From assembly GCA_963664705.1 (NCBI GenBank), contig OY761556.1, forward strand, positions 6,272,001-6,336,000: DNA of 64,000 nt, written 5' to 3'. Shown one piece after another: positions 1-11,300 of the stretch. The stretch's first letter is position 1; each line of letters starts with the position of its first letter. The position numbers were made by a program, and so were the translations under genes. Below the pieces are notes generated by a model, which was not told where the DNA came from, searched no databases, and saw only the letters and a program-made list of their open reading frames with translations. The DNA is from Acidobacteriota bacterium (GTDB lineage Bacteria > Acidobacteriota > UBA6911).

Positions 1-131
1 TCGCTAGGGTTCGTGGGATTGGTGCCCAACCCGGAGATGCTTGATACGAGGTCTGCCTGGACGTAGTGTTGCGCAAAGACGGCCGATGGCAAAATCAGAA
101 TCGACAAAGCTAGCAGCACCTGTAACTTCAT
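1..131 (-). CDS. N-terminus of secreted TIGR03118-like protein (runs off window start)
   Basis: Manual translation MKLQVLLALSILILPSAVFAQHYVQADLVSSISG...; signal peptide, then a QHYxQxxLVS start resembling TIGR03118 proteins; GGAAGG RBS upstream. Confidence 0.6.
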   Translation of the reverse strand, partial: MKLQVLLALSILILPSAVFAQHYVQADLVSSISGLGTNPTNPS

Positions 132-798
132 ATACCTTCCAATAACTCTCATTGTACTCTTCTTCCATGTGTTGCGAGTTCCATCCCCGTGGATCTGCCG
201 CCGGTTTTACTGCCCGCTCGAGAAAACGGTTGATCCGGTTTGGAGGGATTGGACGGAAGGTCCGTTTGATGCGGGATTAGCCGGCAAATTCGGAACTCAG
301 TTTGAACTCATTTGAAACTTCATTCGGGGGGGTGGGTTTTACAATCGAAGTTGGAGGGATAAAGCCAGCCTGGCAAAGGGACAGAGGCGGGCGGGCATAC
401 CGACCTGAGACGGACGCCTGCGATGACGGATTACCGCGTGACCTCCCTGTTTATTGAGGTCCGCATTGGCCTGGTATGCTTCTGATATGCCGTGAATGTC
501 GGCTGGACTTTTGTGCGCAGTGTTTTTCCGCGTCGTCTCATACTGAATAGAGTAAGAAGGCCTTATTGGGTTACGGGACGGCCATCAATAAATCAGTTCC
601 AGGGGAGAACAAGTGTGCAAACGTTTCGGGGGCAGATGATAGCTTGATGTTAACTCTGCGGCAGGTCCCGGTCAACCGCATGTGTGCGCGTCCGCTCAAG
701 AAAAGCCTATCAAAAGCGCATATGGCCGCGAGCTGTTATGCTTGACCTGCGCCGCGATCCCGATTCTAATCAGGCAAATAAACCAGGAGACCAAAGCC

Positions 799-1293
799 AT
801 GCGACTGAATCTTGCGGTGCTTATCGCAATACTTGTCACGCCCATGGGCGTAAATGCTCAAGCGAATCTGGGTGCCTATGAAGACCGTATCGCGGTCGAG
901 GATGTGATGGCGCGTTATGTATGGGCGGTGGATTCCCTCGATCCGGAAGGCTATGTCGCGGTGTTTACCGAAGATGCCATCATTGATTCGAACGGCAGCA
1001 TCAGCAAAGGACACGAGGAGATTCGCAAGATTGTTACAGGCCTCATTCAGCGTCGCGACGACAACAAGGCGAAAGGACTGCCGGCCTCGAATCTGCACCA
1101 CGTGATCAGCAATGTGCGCATCAGCTTTCAGAAACCGGGCGAGGCCTTGCACCTGTCGTACTGGCAGACTGTGATTCGCGACAAGGACGGCAAAATGACT
1201 GCGGCCGCAATGGGTCGCTCCGAAGACCAACTCGTCAAGCGCAATGGCAAGTGGTTGATTCAGTCGCGCAAGCTGACGGTCTTCTCTGACTAA
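799..1293 (+). CDS. Secreted SnoaL-like / NTF2-family protein
   Basis: AGGAG RBS before ATG 799; EDRIAVEDVMARY..D, FTEDA, HHVISN and terminal GKWLIQSR motifs. Confidence 0.8.
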   Translation: MRLNLAVLIAILVTPMGVNAQANLGAYEDRIAVEDVMARYVWAVDSLDPEGYVAVFTEDAIIDSNGSISKGHEEIRKIVTGLIQRRDDNKAKGLPASNLHHVISNVRISFQKPGEALHLSYWQTVIRDKDGKMTAAAMGRSEDQLVKRNGKWLIQSRKLTVFSD

Positions 1294-1299
1294 TTCGTA

Positions 1300-1671
1300 T
1301 TCTTTCGCCCCTGCCGGGGCTTGTTCATTCTATGGTCGCGAACCAGGGGTTCGCTGCGCTCACCCCTGTCTATTCTCTGTCGGGCCTCCGGCCCTTATAA
1401 ATCGGAGCCAAGCAAACAAGCCAGCTTTCGGCATAATTTGAAATATATGGTTACTGATTCGGTCAAGCCAGCGCCGGAGCGCCGGCTCGTGGCGTAATTC
1501 GAAATATGGAGTTGCTGATTCGATTAAGCCAGCGCCGGAGGCGCGCCAGCCCGTAGCCAGGGGTGAGCGCAGCGAACCCCTGGAAAAAGATCCGGAATGA
1601 TGGAGCCCCGGGCAGGGGCGAAAGAATGGTTTCTCAACACAAGAGTTGTTGGAGGTGCCTTCAGGGAACCC
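1300..1671. repeat. REP/BIME-like composite element, copy A
   Basis: ~100-bp inverted arms (TCTTTCGCCCC...CCAGGGGTTCGCTGCGCTCACCCCTG and its complement) around two internal ~60-bp tandem units; closely similar to 11629-12002. Confidence 0.85.
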
Positions 1672-1972
1672 GTCTCGGTGCCGGCAATAACCGGCAAGGG
1701 TTGTTGATCGACGACAACATAACAAAGACAACGATTATCGATCCTATAAATGTCGCCAATCGCCGGCTTGCGGAAAAATGGGTGATGCCGAGCAGGTGCA
1801 AATTCCCGCCCCTGTGGCGGAGCATTGGGGCCAAAATGAAGCCAGTCTGATTGGCAGTTATTATGAAGAATTTTTTGCAACTCCTCTTAAAATCACTCAA
1901 AGTTCCGATTACAGGATCCGAAATGAGGCTGTCAAAGCCTTGGGTGATCTGGGGCTGAGTTTTTCGCTCCAG

Positions 1973-1992
1973 CCTCAGACAATTTTCAGATT
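1973..1992 (+). promoter_or_regulatory. Candidate OmpR-family direct-repeat box
   Basis: TCAGA at 1975 and 1986 (11-bp period); same pattern at 4065/4076. Confidence 0.5.
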
Positions 1993-2016
1993 CACAATTT
2001 AAGATAAGGTTCGACC

Positions 2017-2691
2017 ATGAGGATACTTGTCATCGAAGATGAGCGCCGGATGGCTGAACTCCTCCGGCAGGGGTTATGCGAGGAGGGACATTCTGTCACG
2101 CTCGCTGTGGACGGATCTGAGGGATTCAGTCTGGCCCAACACTGTTCCTTCGACCTAATACTCCTTGATTTAATGCTTCCGGGAATGGATGGGCTCGCGG
2201 TAGCCAAGCGGCTTCGCTCCAGAGAGAACAAGACCCCAATCCTGATGCTGACCGCGCGCGATCAAATGAAAGAGGTTATAAACGGACTCGATGCCGGCGC
2301 GGATGATTACATGACGAAGCCCTTTTCCTTCGAAGAGCTGTTTGCCAGGGTTCGCGCCGTGGCGAGGAGAGGTCCAATACCGCGGCCAGTTTCGATAGAG
2401 GCGGGTAACCTTTCACTAAACCAGTCCAGCCACGAGGTCAAAAGGGGCGGACGCACGATCGGCTTAACGCGCAAGGAATACGCGCTGCTCGAATTGCTTA
2501 TGCGCCATCCGGGCCAGGTAATCGAGCGCGAACGGATCATTGAAGGCGTTTGGGGAGTAGGGGCAGATGTTGAAAACAATACCCTCGATGCGTTTATTCG
2601 TCTTCTCCGATCCAAAATCGAGATTCCCGGCGAGTCCCAGCTCATCCGAACTGTCCGGGGCATCGGCTATCTTCTCGATTCGGAGCAATGA
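2017..2691 (+). CDS. OmpR/CusR-family response regulator
   Basis: REC domain (ILVIEDE, LLDLMLP, DDYMTKPF) plus winged helix (RTVRGIGY). Confidence 0.93.
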   Translation: MRILVIEDERRMAELLRQGLCEEGHSVTLAVDGSEGFSLAQHCSFDLILLDLMLPGMDGLAVAKRLRSRENKTPILMLTARDQMKEVINGLDAGADDYMTKPFSFEELFARVRAVARRGPIPRPVSIEAGNLSLNQSSHEVKRGGRTIGLTRKEYALLELLMRHPGQVIERERIIEGVWGVGADVENNTLDAFIRLLRSKIEIPGESQLIRTVRGIGYLLDSEQ

Positions 2692-4058
2692 TGAAGGAAA
2701 TTTCCATAAGACTTAGACTTACGATCTGGTATTCGGCCGTCCTGCTGGCTGGTCTGATCCTTTTGGGATACACGGCCTGGTTCAGCCTTCGACAGAGACT
2801 GGTGACAGAATTCGATGGGCGTATTGCGCGTCAGGCGGAGGGCTTGCGCACGGCCTTGGATTCCGAAGGGGTTGCCGATGACTTAGCCCAGCTTCGTGAG
2901 GAGGTCTCTGAATCTACCGGACAAATGCCTGTCGGGAGCGTTATCCAGATTCGAACCAAGACAGGCAAGCTGGTTTCATCCTCTATGGAATCCTGGCCGA
3001 TCACATTTTCACAGTCCGGAGCGAATGAGTTTTCAACGATCCAGCACAATAGTCGGAATTTTCGAGCGCTGAAGAACAGAATTTACTGCGCCGGGCGCCC
3101 TCTGGATCTCTTTATCGCGATCCCTTCGGATCAGATCGATGGAATGTTGCAGGCGTTTCGCGCGATTCTCTGGACGATGATCCCCGGCATGCTCGCGATA
3201 GCCGGCCTGGGAGGATGGTGGATCAGCCGGCGTGCCCTTGCGCCGGTGGATGACATCACAAATATCGCGAAATTAATCACGATGCAGAATTTATCGCAGC
3301 GGCTCACCGTTCCTCAGACCGGGGATGAACTGCAGAGAATGTCGGAAACCTGGAATGCGGTACTTACGCGACTGGAGTCTGCAGTTGAGCGAACGCGCCA
3401 ATTTACCGCCGATGCTTCCCACGAACTGCGCACGCCCGTGGCGCTGATACGAGCCACCGCAGAATTGGCGCTCAGGCGCGAGCGTAGCGCTGATGAGTAT
3501 CAGACCTCGCTTCGACAAATCCTTTTAGAGTCCGAGCGAATGACCCAACTCACAAATGACCTGCTCTTCCTGTCTGCTGCTGATGCCACTCGCTTAGACA
3601 TGCCGGTATCACCAGTGGGTTTGAATGCGCTTGTCTCCGAATCCATCAAGGAGAGTTCAGCCCTGGCTCAATCCCGGGGCATTTGCCTAAGCCTGGATCT
3701 CCATGCCGAGCAAGATCTTGTCTCCGTCAACGAGGCAGGGCTGAAGAGGCTCATGCTGATTTTCATCGATAACGCTCTGAAATTTACCCCGCCTAACGGC
3801 TCAGTTATTGTTTCAACTGCTACTGACAAAGAAGGGATTATCGTCTCGGTAAGGGACTCCGGGCCGGGAATTCAGCCCGAGGCAATCCCGCATATTTTCG
3901 AGCGCTTTTATCAAGCCGACCCTTCCCACAATGGAAATAATGGGGCCGGTCTCGGGCTTTCGATCGCGCAGATGATAGCCGTGGCACATGGATCATCGAT
4001 TCGCGTCGAGAGCGCGCCGGATGCCGGTTCCTGTTTTTCGATCACTTTAAAAAAGTAG
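2688..4058 (+). CDS. Sensor histidine kinase (CusS/CzcS-like, HAMP)
   Basis: 2 TM segments, HAMP, H-box ADASHELRTP, N-box DNALKFT, G-boxes DSGPGI and GAGLGL. Confidence 0.93.
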   Translation: MMKEISIRLRLTIWYSAVLLAGLILLGYTAWFSLRQRLVTEFDGRIARQAEGLRTALDSEGVADDLAQLREEVSESTGQMPVGSVIQIRTKTGKLVSSSMESWPITFSQSGANEFSTIQHNSRNFRALKNRIYCAGRPLDLFIAIPSDQIDGMLQAFRAILWTMIPGMLAIAGLGGWWISRRALAPVDDITNIAKLITMQNLSQRLTVPQTGDELQRMSETWNAVLTRLESAVERTRQFTADASHELRTPVALIRATAELALRRERSADEYQTSLRQILLESERMTQLTNDLLFLSAADATRLDMPVSPVGLNALVSESIKESSALAQSRGICLSLDLHAEQDLVSVNEAGLKRLMLIFIDNALKFTPPNGSVIVSTATDKEGIIVSVRDSGPGIQPEAIPHIFERFYQADPSHNGNNGAGLGLSIAQMIAVAHGSSIRVESAPDAGSCFSITLKK

Positions 4059-4061
4059 CCT

Positions 4062-4083
4062 TTTTCAGGTGCTTTTCAGATTT
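4062..4083 (+). promoter_or_regulatory. Candidate OmpR-family direct-repeat box
   Basis: TTTTCAG-N4-TTTTCAGATT upstream of the PepSY-like gene. Confidence 0.5.
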
Positions 4084-4142
4084 CGGGCGCAGGATTGCCG
4101 GATGATGCCGAATGGATACGCTCTCACGATAAAGGAGGAATC

Positions 4143-4586
4143 ATGAAATGCGCGCTTGTCCTTTGCATAGGTTTCTTCCTGACGACAATGTGCATGGCCG
4201 CCGCGAAGAAAGTTCAACTGAAAGATCTGCCACCGCCGGTTCAGAAATCCGTTCAGGATCTGATCAAGGGCGCGGAACTGAAAAGCCTTTTACGGGAGGA
4301 AGCGAACGGGAAGACCGCCTATGAAGTCGAGACGATCAAAAATAGGAAAACCCGTGATGCCCGGATTGATGGATCTGGAACCGTTCTGGAGATCGAGGAG
4401 GAAGCGACTCTCGATCAAATCCCAGAACCCGCCAGGGCAGCCATCCGGAAGGCGGTTGCCAACGGGAAAGTCAGAAAGATGGAAATCGTTACAAAGGGTA
4501 ACTCAAAGACCTACGAGGCTGCCATTACGAAAAACGGAAAGAGCTCGGAGATTATTGTTAATGCGGACGGGTCGCCCGTGAAGTGA
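4143..4586 (+). CDS. Secreted PepSY-like (two-repeat) protein
   Basis: AAGGAGG RBS, signal peptide, two LP.PV/IP.PA...YE(V/A)...DGS repeats. Confidence 0.75.
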   Translation: MKCALVLCIGFFLTTMCMAAAKKVQLKDLPPPVQKSVQDLIKGAELKSLLREEANGKTAYEVETIKNRKTRDARIDGSGTVLEIEEEATLDQIPEPARAAIRKAVANGKVRKMEIVTKGNSKTYEAAITKNGKSSEIIVNADGSPVK

Positions 4587-4653
4587 ACCCGATCCATGCG
4601 GTAATCTTTTAGGGGAGACCAATGATTCCAGGATCTCAGGATAGGAGGATGTA

Positions 4654-5706
4654 ATGAATATTAGACCTTATCTTAGCGTTGTCGCTATTGCCATGTTCCT
4701 TTCACTTCTGCCGGCGTCCGATTCCCTGGCTGCGGAATCCCAGTATCGATTCATTGCCAAGATCGACGCGGGCGGCGAAGGCGGATGGGATTATGCTTCC
4801 GTGGATTCAGCTGGCCGCAGACTTTACGTTACTCATGGGACCAAGATCGTGGTTATCGATATGGACAAAAACGCCATCGTAGGCGAGATCACTGATACTC
4901 CCGGAGTCCACGGCTTTGCAATAGCCCCTGAAATGGGCTTGGGTTTCTCGAGCAATGGAGCGGAAAACAAGGCAAGCATTGTGGATTTGAAGACGCTTCG
5001 GACCAAGTTAAAGGTTGATACTGGCGCAAACCCGGACGCCATTCTCTATGATCCCGGCAGTAAGGAAGTTTATGTATTCAACGGCCGAGGCAACTCCGCT
5101 ACGGTTTTTGAAGCTGCTTCAGGGAAAATAATCGCCACCATTCCTCTGCCAGGCAAACCGGAATTCGCCCAGGTGGATGTGAAAGTCGGTCGCATATACG
5201 TCAATATTGAGGACAAAAATGAAGTGGTGGTCATCGATACAAGGACCCACTCGGTTGCCGCAACCTGGCCGATTGCCCCCGGCGAAGGCGCATCCGGGAT
5301 GGCGATTGATCTCGCGACCCACCGACTTTTTCTTGGCGCCGAAAAGCTGATGGTGGTGATGGACAGCACTTCCGGCAAGGTTGTCACGACTGTTCCGATC
5401 GGTCCCGGAGTCGATGCAAACTCCTTTGACCCGGAAACAAAACTGGCATTTGCATCCTGCGGTGGGGACGGAACCGTAACCATCGCACATGAGGATAGTC
5501 CAGACAAACTGAGAGTCATCCAGGTGCTCCAGACAGCAAGAGCCGCCCGGACAATGACTCTCGATCCAAAAACTCACAGAATCTACCTGGCAGCGGCAGA
5601 TTATGAAGCAACAGCCGCACAACCCGCTCCCGGACAGAGGCCGACGAGGCCCAAGATGGTTCCGAACTCTTTCCGTATTCTTGTTTATGGTTCCGAGAGC
5701 AAATAG
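4654..5706 (+). CDS. Secreted YncE/YVTN-type beta-propeller protein
   Basis: GGEGGWDY, GVHG, NPDAILYDP, ARTMTLDP motifs; signal peptide. Confidence 0.85.
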   Translation: MNIRPYLSVVAIAMFLSLLPASDSLAAESQYRFIAKIDAGGEGGWDYASVDSAGRRLYVTHGTKIVVIDMDKNAIVGEITDTPGVHGFAIAPEMGLGFSSNGAENKASIVDLKTLRTKLKVDTGANPDAILYDPGSKEVYVFNGRGNSATVFEAASGKIIATIPLPGKPEFAQVDVKVGRIYVNIEDKNEVVVIDTRTHSVAATWPIAPGEGASGMAIDLATHRLFLGAEKLMVVMDSTSGKVVTTVPIGPGVDANSFDPETKLAFASCGGDGTVTIAHEDSPDKLRVIQVLQTARAARTMTLDPKTHRIYLAAADYEATAAQPAPGQRPTRPKMVPNSFRILVYGSESK

Positions 5707-5784
5707 CAGTCCGAGCCAGGCAAAGCATGTGCTCCGCCTGGCTCCAAACCACAATTCCTGACCTGATCCCATCCGGGTAATCCT

Positions 5785-7095
5785 ATGGCTAAAAAATTTC
5801 TTGCACGCTGGGCGCCTCTGCTGGTGACTATATTCCTGTTGCCGGCTGCGGCGCTGAAGGGGCAGCAATCAACGGTCACAATCGACATAAAGACCGCTCT
5901 GGAACAGGCCCGCAGATATAGCCCACAGTTTCAATCGGCTTCACTGGCCGTCGATCTCGCCCGCGTCGACCGATACATTACAAAAACGGCTTTCTATCCG
6001 TCTGTAAACTACTTCAATCAATACATCTACACTCAGGGCAACGGAACTTCGTCCGGAGTCTTTATCTCTAATGACGGCATACACGTTTACAACAGCCAGG
6101 CGCAAGTGCACCAGGAGGTGTATACGCCGGCCCGGATGGCAGAATACCGTCGTGCAATTGTGGGAGAGGCCGTCGCTGCAGCCAAGAGGGATGTCGCGCT
6201 GCGCGGCATCATTTCGGCTGTATTTCAGAATTACTATGGAATCGTGGTTGCGCAGAGGCATCTGGCCAATGCGCAGCAGAGTCTGGATGAGGCAAAACGA
6301 TTTGTGGACATCACCCGGAAGCTCGAAGCCGGAGGTGAAGTCGCCCACGCCGATGTCGTTAAGGCACAGTTGATATTGCAGCAGCGCGAACGGGATCGCC
6401 AGGATGCACAGCTCTCAGTTGAGAAAAATAGGATTGCACTGGCCGCCCTGGTTTTTCCTGATCTCGCCTCAGATTTCGTCGTAGTCGATGATCTCAATTC
6501 AACTCCGCAATTGACACCCTTTGATCAAATTCAGGCTCTGGCAAAAGAGACGAGTCCGGATCTGCGCGCGGCTCAGGCGACTCTGAATCAGGAAACGTAT
6601 GGAGTCGCAATTGCGCGCAGCGGATACCTCCCATCTCTTTCTTTGGATTACTTTTTTGGCATCAATGCAAATCACCTGGCAATTCATGACGAGGACGGCC
6701 ATAACCGGCTGGGCTCGGCAGCACAGGCAACGCTGAATATCCCGGTGTTCAACTGGTGGACCACGCGCAGCAAAATCCGACAGGCTGAACTAAAGCGCCA
6801 GCAAGCGCAACTGGATCTTGCGTTAACTCAACGGGAGTTGAACTCCAATCTGCGGAGTTCGTATCTTGAAGCCAGAACGGCACAAGCCCAGATGGATTCG
6901 CTTAAACGATCATCGGACCTGGCGGCCGAGAGCCTTCGCTTGACAAATCTGCGCTATCAAGCCGGAGAAGCGACTGTTTTGGAAGTGGTGGATGCTCAGG
7001 CCACGCTGGTCCAGGCCCGTAATGCCTATGACGACGGCCTTTCGAGATATCGAATTGCACTTGCAACGATTCAGACACTGACGGGGAATTACTGA
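5785..7095 (+). CDS. TolC-family outer membrane efflux protein
   Basis: Two OEP repeats, RYQAGEATVLEVVDAQ. Confidence 0.9.
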   Translation: MAKKFLARWAPLLVTIFLLPAAALKGQQSTVTIDIKTALEQARRYSPQFQSASLAVDLARVDRYITKTAFYPSVNYFNQYIYTQGNGTSSGVFISNDGIHVYNSQAQVHQEVYTPARMAEYRRAIVGEAVAAAKRDVALRGIISAVFQNYYGIVVAQRHLANAQQSLDEAKRFVDITRKLEAGGEVAHADVVKAQLILQQRERDRQDAQLSVEKNRIALAALVFPDLASDFVVVDDLNSTPQLTPFDQIQALAKETSPDLRAAQATLNQETYGVAIARSGYLPSLSLDYFFGINANHLAIHDEDGHNRLGSAAQATLNIPVFNWWTTRSKIRQAELKRQQAQLDLALTQRELNSNLRSSYLEARTAQAQMDSLKRSSDLAAESLRLTNLRYQAGEATVLEVVDAQATLVQARNAYDDGLSRYRIALATIQTLTGNY

Positions 7096-7097
7096 CC

Positions 7098-8354
7098 ATG
7101 CCAACCTATAAAATACATCTCCCAATTCTGTTGACGGGCTGCGTCCTGCTCGTCATTGCACAGGCCTGTTCAAGGCCGGAAGAGAAGGAGTCGGAGCCGG
7201 TTGTGCCGGTTCAGACGATCGCGGTTCAAAAGGGATTGGTTAGCCGGATCATTCGCGCGCAGGCGATCCTGCACCCGGTCAACCAGGCGGCAATAACCCC
7301 GAAGATAAGTGCACCGATCAAACAGTTCTATGTGAACCGTGGCGATCGCGTTCGCAAAGGTCAGCTGCTTGCAGAATTGGAAAACCGGGATTTATCTGCC
7401 GCGGCCGTGGAAGCGAAGGGGAATTACGACCAGGCTGCCGCGAACTTGCGGCATACAACGGCGGCAGCATTGCCGGATGAAATCGCAAAATCCCAGGGAG
7501 ATGTCAGGTCGAACAAAGAAGCTCTTGATGCGGCCCGGAAAGTGTATGAGAGCCGGAAGAAGCTATTCGACGAGGGGGCTATTCCGCGCAAACAACTGGA
7601 TGAGGCGCAGGTTGCCTATATCCAGGCGCGCACCCTGAATGAGGTTGCGCAGAAACATCTGGAATCCCTCCAGCAATCAGGGAAGGAAGCACAGACAAAG
7701 GCCGCCCAGGCTCAGGTGGAGGCGGCCCGGGGTCGCCAGGATGCTGCTGCAGCTCAACTGCAATATTCAAAAATCTACAGCCCCATTGACGGGGTTGTGG
7801 CCGATAGGCCGCTCTACGCCGGTGAAATGACCAGTTCAGGTGCGCCGCTCCTTACGGTTATGGATGTTTCGAGCATCATAGCGCGAGCCAGTGTCCCAAT
7901 AGACGAACTCCATTCTATAAAGGTGGGAGATGATGCCACGATCACTGCGGCCGATGGTTCGGTTGAGAGGGCGAAGGTTGTTGTTGTCAGTCCTGCTTTG
8001 GAGCCCAACAGTACAACGGCGGAAGTCTGGATCCAGGGACGGAACTCCGGGGCGCATCTGCATCCCGGTGCAACGGTTCAGGTCGCAATCGTGGCCGAAA
8101 CAATAAAGGATGCGCTTGTGATTCCCGTTGCCGCCCTCCTGCCTTCCCAGGAAAGCGCGGGAGATATGGTGCTTGTGGCAGGCCCGGATTCTCTGGCGCA
8201 CATACGGAAAATCGATGTGGGCATCCGGGAATCTGACAAGGTTCAGATTCTGAAAGGCCTTTCTCAGGGCGAACAGGTGATCACGGTGGGTGGATTCGGG
8301 CTTCAGGATAAGACAAAGGTGAAGGTCGGAACCGGAGCAACCAAAGAAGAATAA
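7098..8354 (+). CDS. RND periplasmic adaptor (membrane fusion protein)
   Basis: VNRGDRVRKGQLL and IYSPIDGVV lipoyl-like halves flanking a coiled coil. Confidence 0.9.
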   Translation: MPTYKIHLPILLTGCVLLVIAQACSRPEEKESEPVVPVQTIAVQKGLVSRIIRAQAILHPVNQAAITPKISAPIKQFYVNRGDRVRKGQLLAELENRDLSAAAVEAKGNYDQAAANLRHTTAAALPDEIAKSQGDVRSNKEALDAARKVYESRKKLFDEGAIPRKQLDEAQVAYIQARTLNEVAQKHLESLQQSGKEAQTKAAQAQVEAARGRQDAAAAQLQYSKIYSPIDGVVADRPLYAGEMTSSGAPLLTVMDVSSIIARASVPIDELHSIKVGDDATITAADGSVERAKVVVVSPALEPNSTTAEVWIQGRNSGAHLHPGATVQVAIVAETIKDALVIPVAALLPSQESAGDMVLVAGPDSLAHIRKIDVGIRESDKVQILKGLSQGEQVITVGGFGLQDKTKVKVGTGATKEE

Positions 8355-8376
8355 AGGTATTCACTGGAGCGCGGAG

Positions 8377-11300
8377 ATGCCAACGGAACATTGGAGTGCG
8401 CGTCACTCGAAGCCGATCATTTTTCTTATCCTGACCTGCGTTGGAGTCGGGATCTATCTCGCTTTTTCAATTCCTATAGCGGTTTTTCCGTCAACGGATT
8501 TTCCTCGTATCATAGTCGGAGTGGATAACGGAGTTGCGCCGATTGATCAGATGCTTGTGACGGTGACCCGGCCAATCGAAGAGGCCTTGAACACCGTTCC
8601 GGGGCTTGAGCGCATTCGATCCCTGACGAGCCGCGGCACCGCCGAAGTGAATCTCTTTTTTGACTGGAATGTCGATATGTTCCAGACTCTGAACCTGGTC
8701 AATGCGGCCGTTGCGGAAGCGCGCTCGTCCCTGCCTTCCACGGCCAAAGTTGCCGCGAATCGGCTGACCTTTGCGGCCTTTCCGATTATGGGCTACAGTC
8801 TGACATCAAAGACGGTGCCGCAAACGGAATTGTGGGAACGCGCAACTTACGACTTGAGGCCACGGCTGAACCGGTTGAGCGGCGTGTCCACGGTCGTCGT
8901 CCAGGGTGGACAGGAACCCGAATTCGAGATCAAGCCGGATCCGGCAAAACTTGTTCAAGCCACGGTTACCATTCCTTCGCTTCTGGAGGCCGTTCGCCGT
9001 TCCAATATGATCGATTCGCCCGGGATGATGGAGAGCACGCATGAATTGGTTCTGGGTCTGGTAAGCGGGCAGGCCAGGAATGCGACGGAGATTTCGGATA
9101 TTGTCGTAAAAACCACTCCTGCCGGCATCCCCATTCGAATCGGCGACATTGCGACGGTTCAAGCGTCTTACAAGCCTGTGTACACGATCGTGACCGCCAA
9201 TGCTCAGCCGGCCGTATTGTTGAACGTCTATCGCCAGCCGCAGGGAAACACGGTGAGGATTGCCGATGAAGTGCATAAGGAAATCGATCAGATACGCAAA
9301 ACCCTTCCCCGTGGAATAGCTCTCGAATCCTGGTATGACCAGTCGGAAATCGTGCAGGATTCCATAAAGAGCGTCCGCGATGCAATTCTCATCGGGCTCA
9401 TTCTGGCTTCACTGATCATGGTTCTTTTTCTGCGAGACTGGGGAACGTCTCTCGTCGCCGGCCTGGTCATTCCGGCCACGGTGGCGTTGACCTTCATTGC
9501 CTTGAGAGCTGTTGGCGAAAGCTTCAATTTGATGACTCTCGGAGGTCTGGCTGCTGCAGTCGGTCTTGTCATTGATGACGCGATCGTGGTTGTGGAAAAC
9601 ATTATCATGCATCGCGACTCCGGGCAGAGCAGGGGAGAAGCGGTCCGCAGCGCTCTGAGCGAGATCACAACTCCACTCGTGGGATCGACCTTGACTCCGA
9701 TTGTGGTTTTCCTTCCCCTGGTTTCCATTACGGGCGTGACAGGCGTTTTCTTCCGTTCACTGGCTCTGACGGTCGGGATGGCTCTTTTGACATCCCTTGC
9801 GTTGGCGCTTTCCTGGACTCCGACACTAAGTCATTTTCTGATCCGGGACCGGCGCGCGACGGAGCCTTCCGGCGCGCCGGTTCTGCGGGGGCATGGTGTG
9901 CGGTCAGGATTCATGACGCAGCTCGCCGGAATTTATGGGAAGACGTTGCGAGTGACCTTGCGGCACCCGATTGTGACAGCGCTCATGTGCGTGCTTCTAA
10001 TTGTCGCTTCCTTTGTATGCTATCGTGCCCTCGGATCCGACCTGCTGCCGAGTATGGATGAAGGCGGCTTCATCCTGGATTACCTGATGCCTGCCGGATC
10101 GTCCCTCGCTGAGACGAACCGGGTGCTGTCGCAAATCGAAGTGATGCTGAAAAACATTCCGGAAGTGGAAAGTACCTCGCGTCGCACGGGATTGCAACTG
10201 GGCCTCGCGGCTGTGACAGAAGCGAACACGGGCGACTTTGCTGTCCGGCTCAAAAAGGATCGGAACCGAGGCGTGGATGAAATTGAAACGGAACTGCGCG
10301 AGAAAATCGGCAGGCAGTTCCCGATGCTGCAGGTTGAATTTGTCCAATTGTTGCAGGATATGATCGGAGATTTGACAAGTGCGCCGGAGCCGATCGAAAT
10401 CAGGCTCTTCAGCCAGGATCAGGTATTGCTGAGGGAATGGGCGCCGAAGGTCGCAGAGGAGATCAGAAAGACGGACGGGATTGTCGACATTTTGAATGGC
10501 ATCGATAACACGATCAGCGGGCCAGCCACCCTCTTCCAGGTCGACCCGACCGTTGCCACAAGAGCCGGTTTCAGCCCTGAGGAGATTGAACTGGATGCCA
10601 GCGCCATCATGCAGGGAGAGCCCGCTCCAACACCGGTGGTGGTCAATGAGCGAGCCTACACAATTCGGGTTCGATTCCCCGAGTCGACGCGATCTTCACT
10701 GCAATCAATGCTCAACACCGTGCTGGGGAGTTCAACCGGGCAGAAAGCGACTCTAGGATCATTATCCCGGGTCGTAAAGATACCGGGCCAGACCGAGATC
10801 CGGCGAGACAACCTACAGCCTGATGTCGCTGTTACGGCAAGATTGGAAGGCGTTGATCTGGGGAGCGCCATCACGGCTGTGAGGTCTGCCATTGCAAAGT
10901 TGCATCTGCCGCCGGCTATCCGCGTGGAATACGGCGGTGCATACGAGGAACAACAGCATTCCTTCCGCGACCTTGTTGTTGTTCTGATATTTGCTGTGGT
11001 GCTTGTATTCATCGTTCTGCTCTTTGAATTTGGAGACTTTGCTGCGCCACTTGCCATTCTCTCCTCCGCGCTTCTCTCAACGTCCGGAGTGTTTGTGGCA
11101 CTTCTTGTGACAGGCAAGACCTTCAATATCTCTTCGTTCATGGGACTGATCATGGTGATCGGAATTGTGGCAAAGAACGGGATTCTTCTGCTCGATGCAG
11201 ACAAGAAGTTCAGAAAGGAAGGGATGAGCGCAGAAGAGGCGATGATTGCGGCCGGCGAACGACGGCTGCGTCCCATCATGATGACCGCCCTGGCAACTAT

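Noticed and set aside
1300-1671. CRISPR array interpretation of the repeats (also 11629-12002 and 32344-33124)
   Set aside because: The repeats are inverted and palindromic, with no regular unique spacers and no cas genes in the window
1360-1900. Short ORFs over the REP element (similar peptides at 11594-12118)
   Set aside because: Translations of non-coding repeats; the shared peptides reflect the DNA repeat
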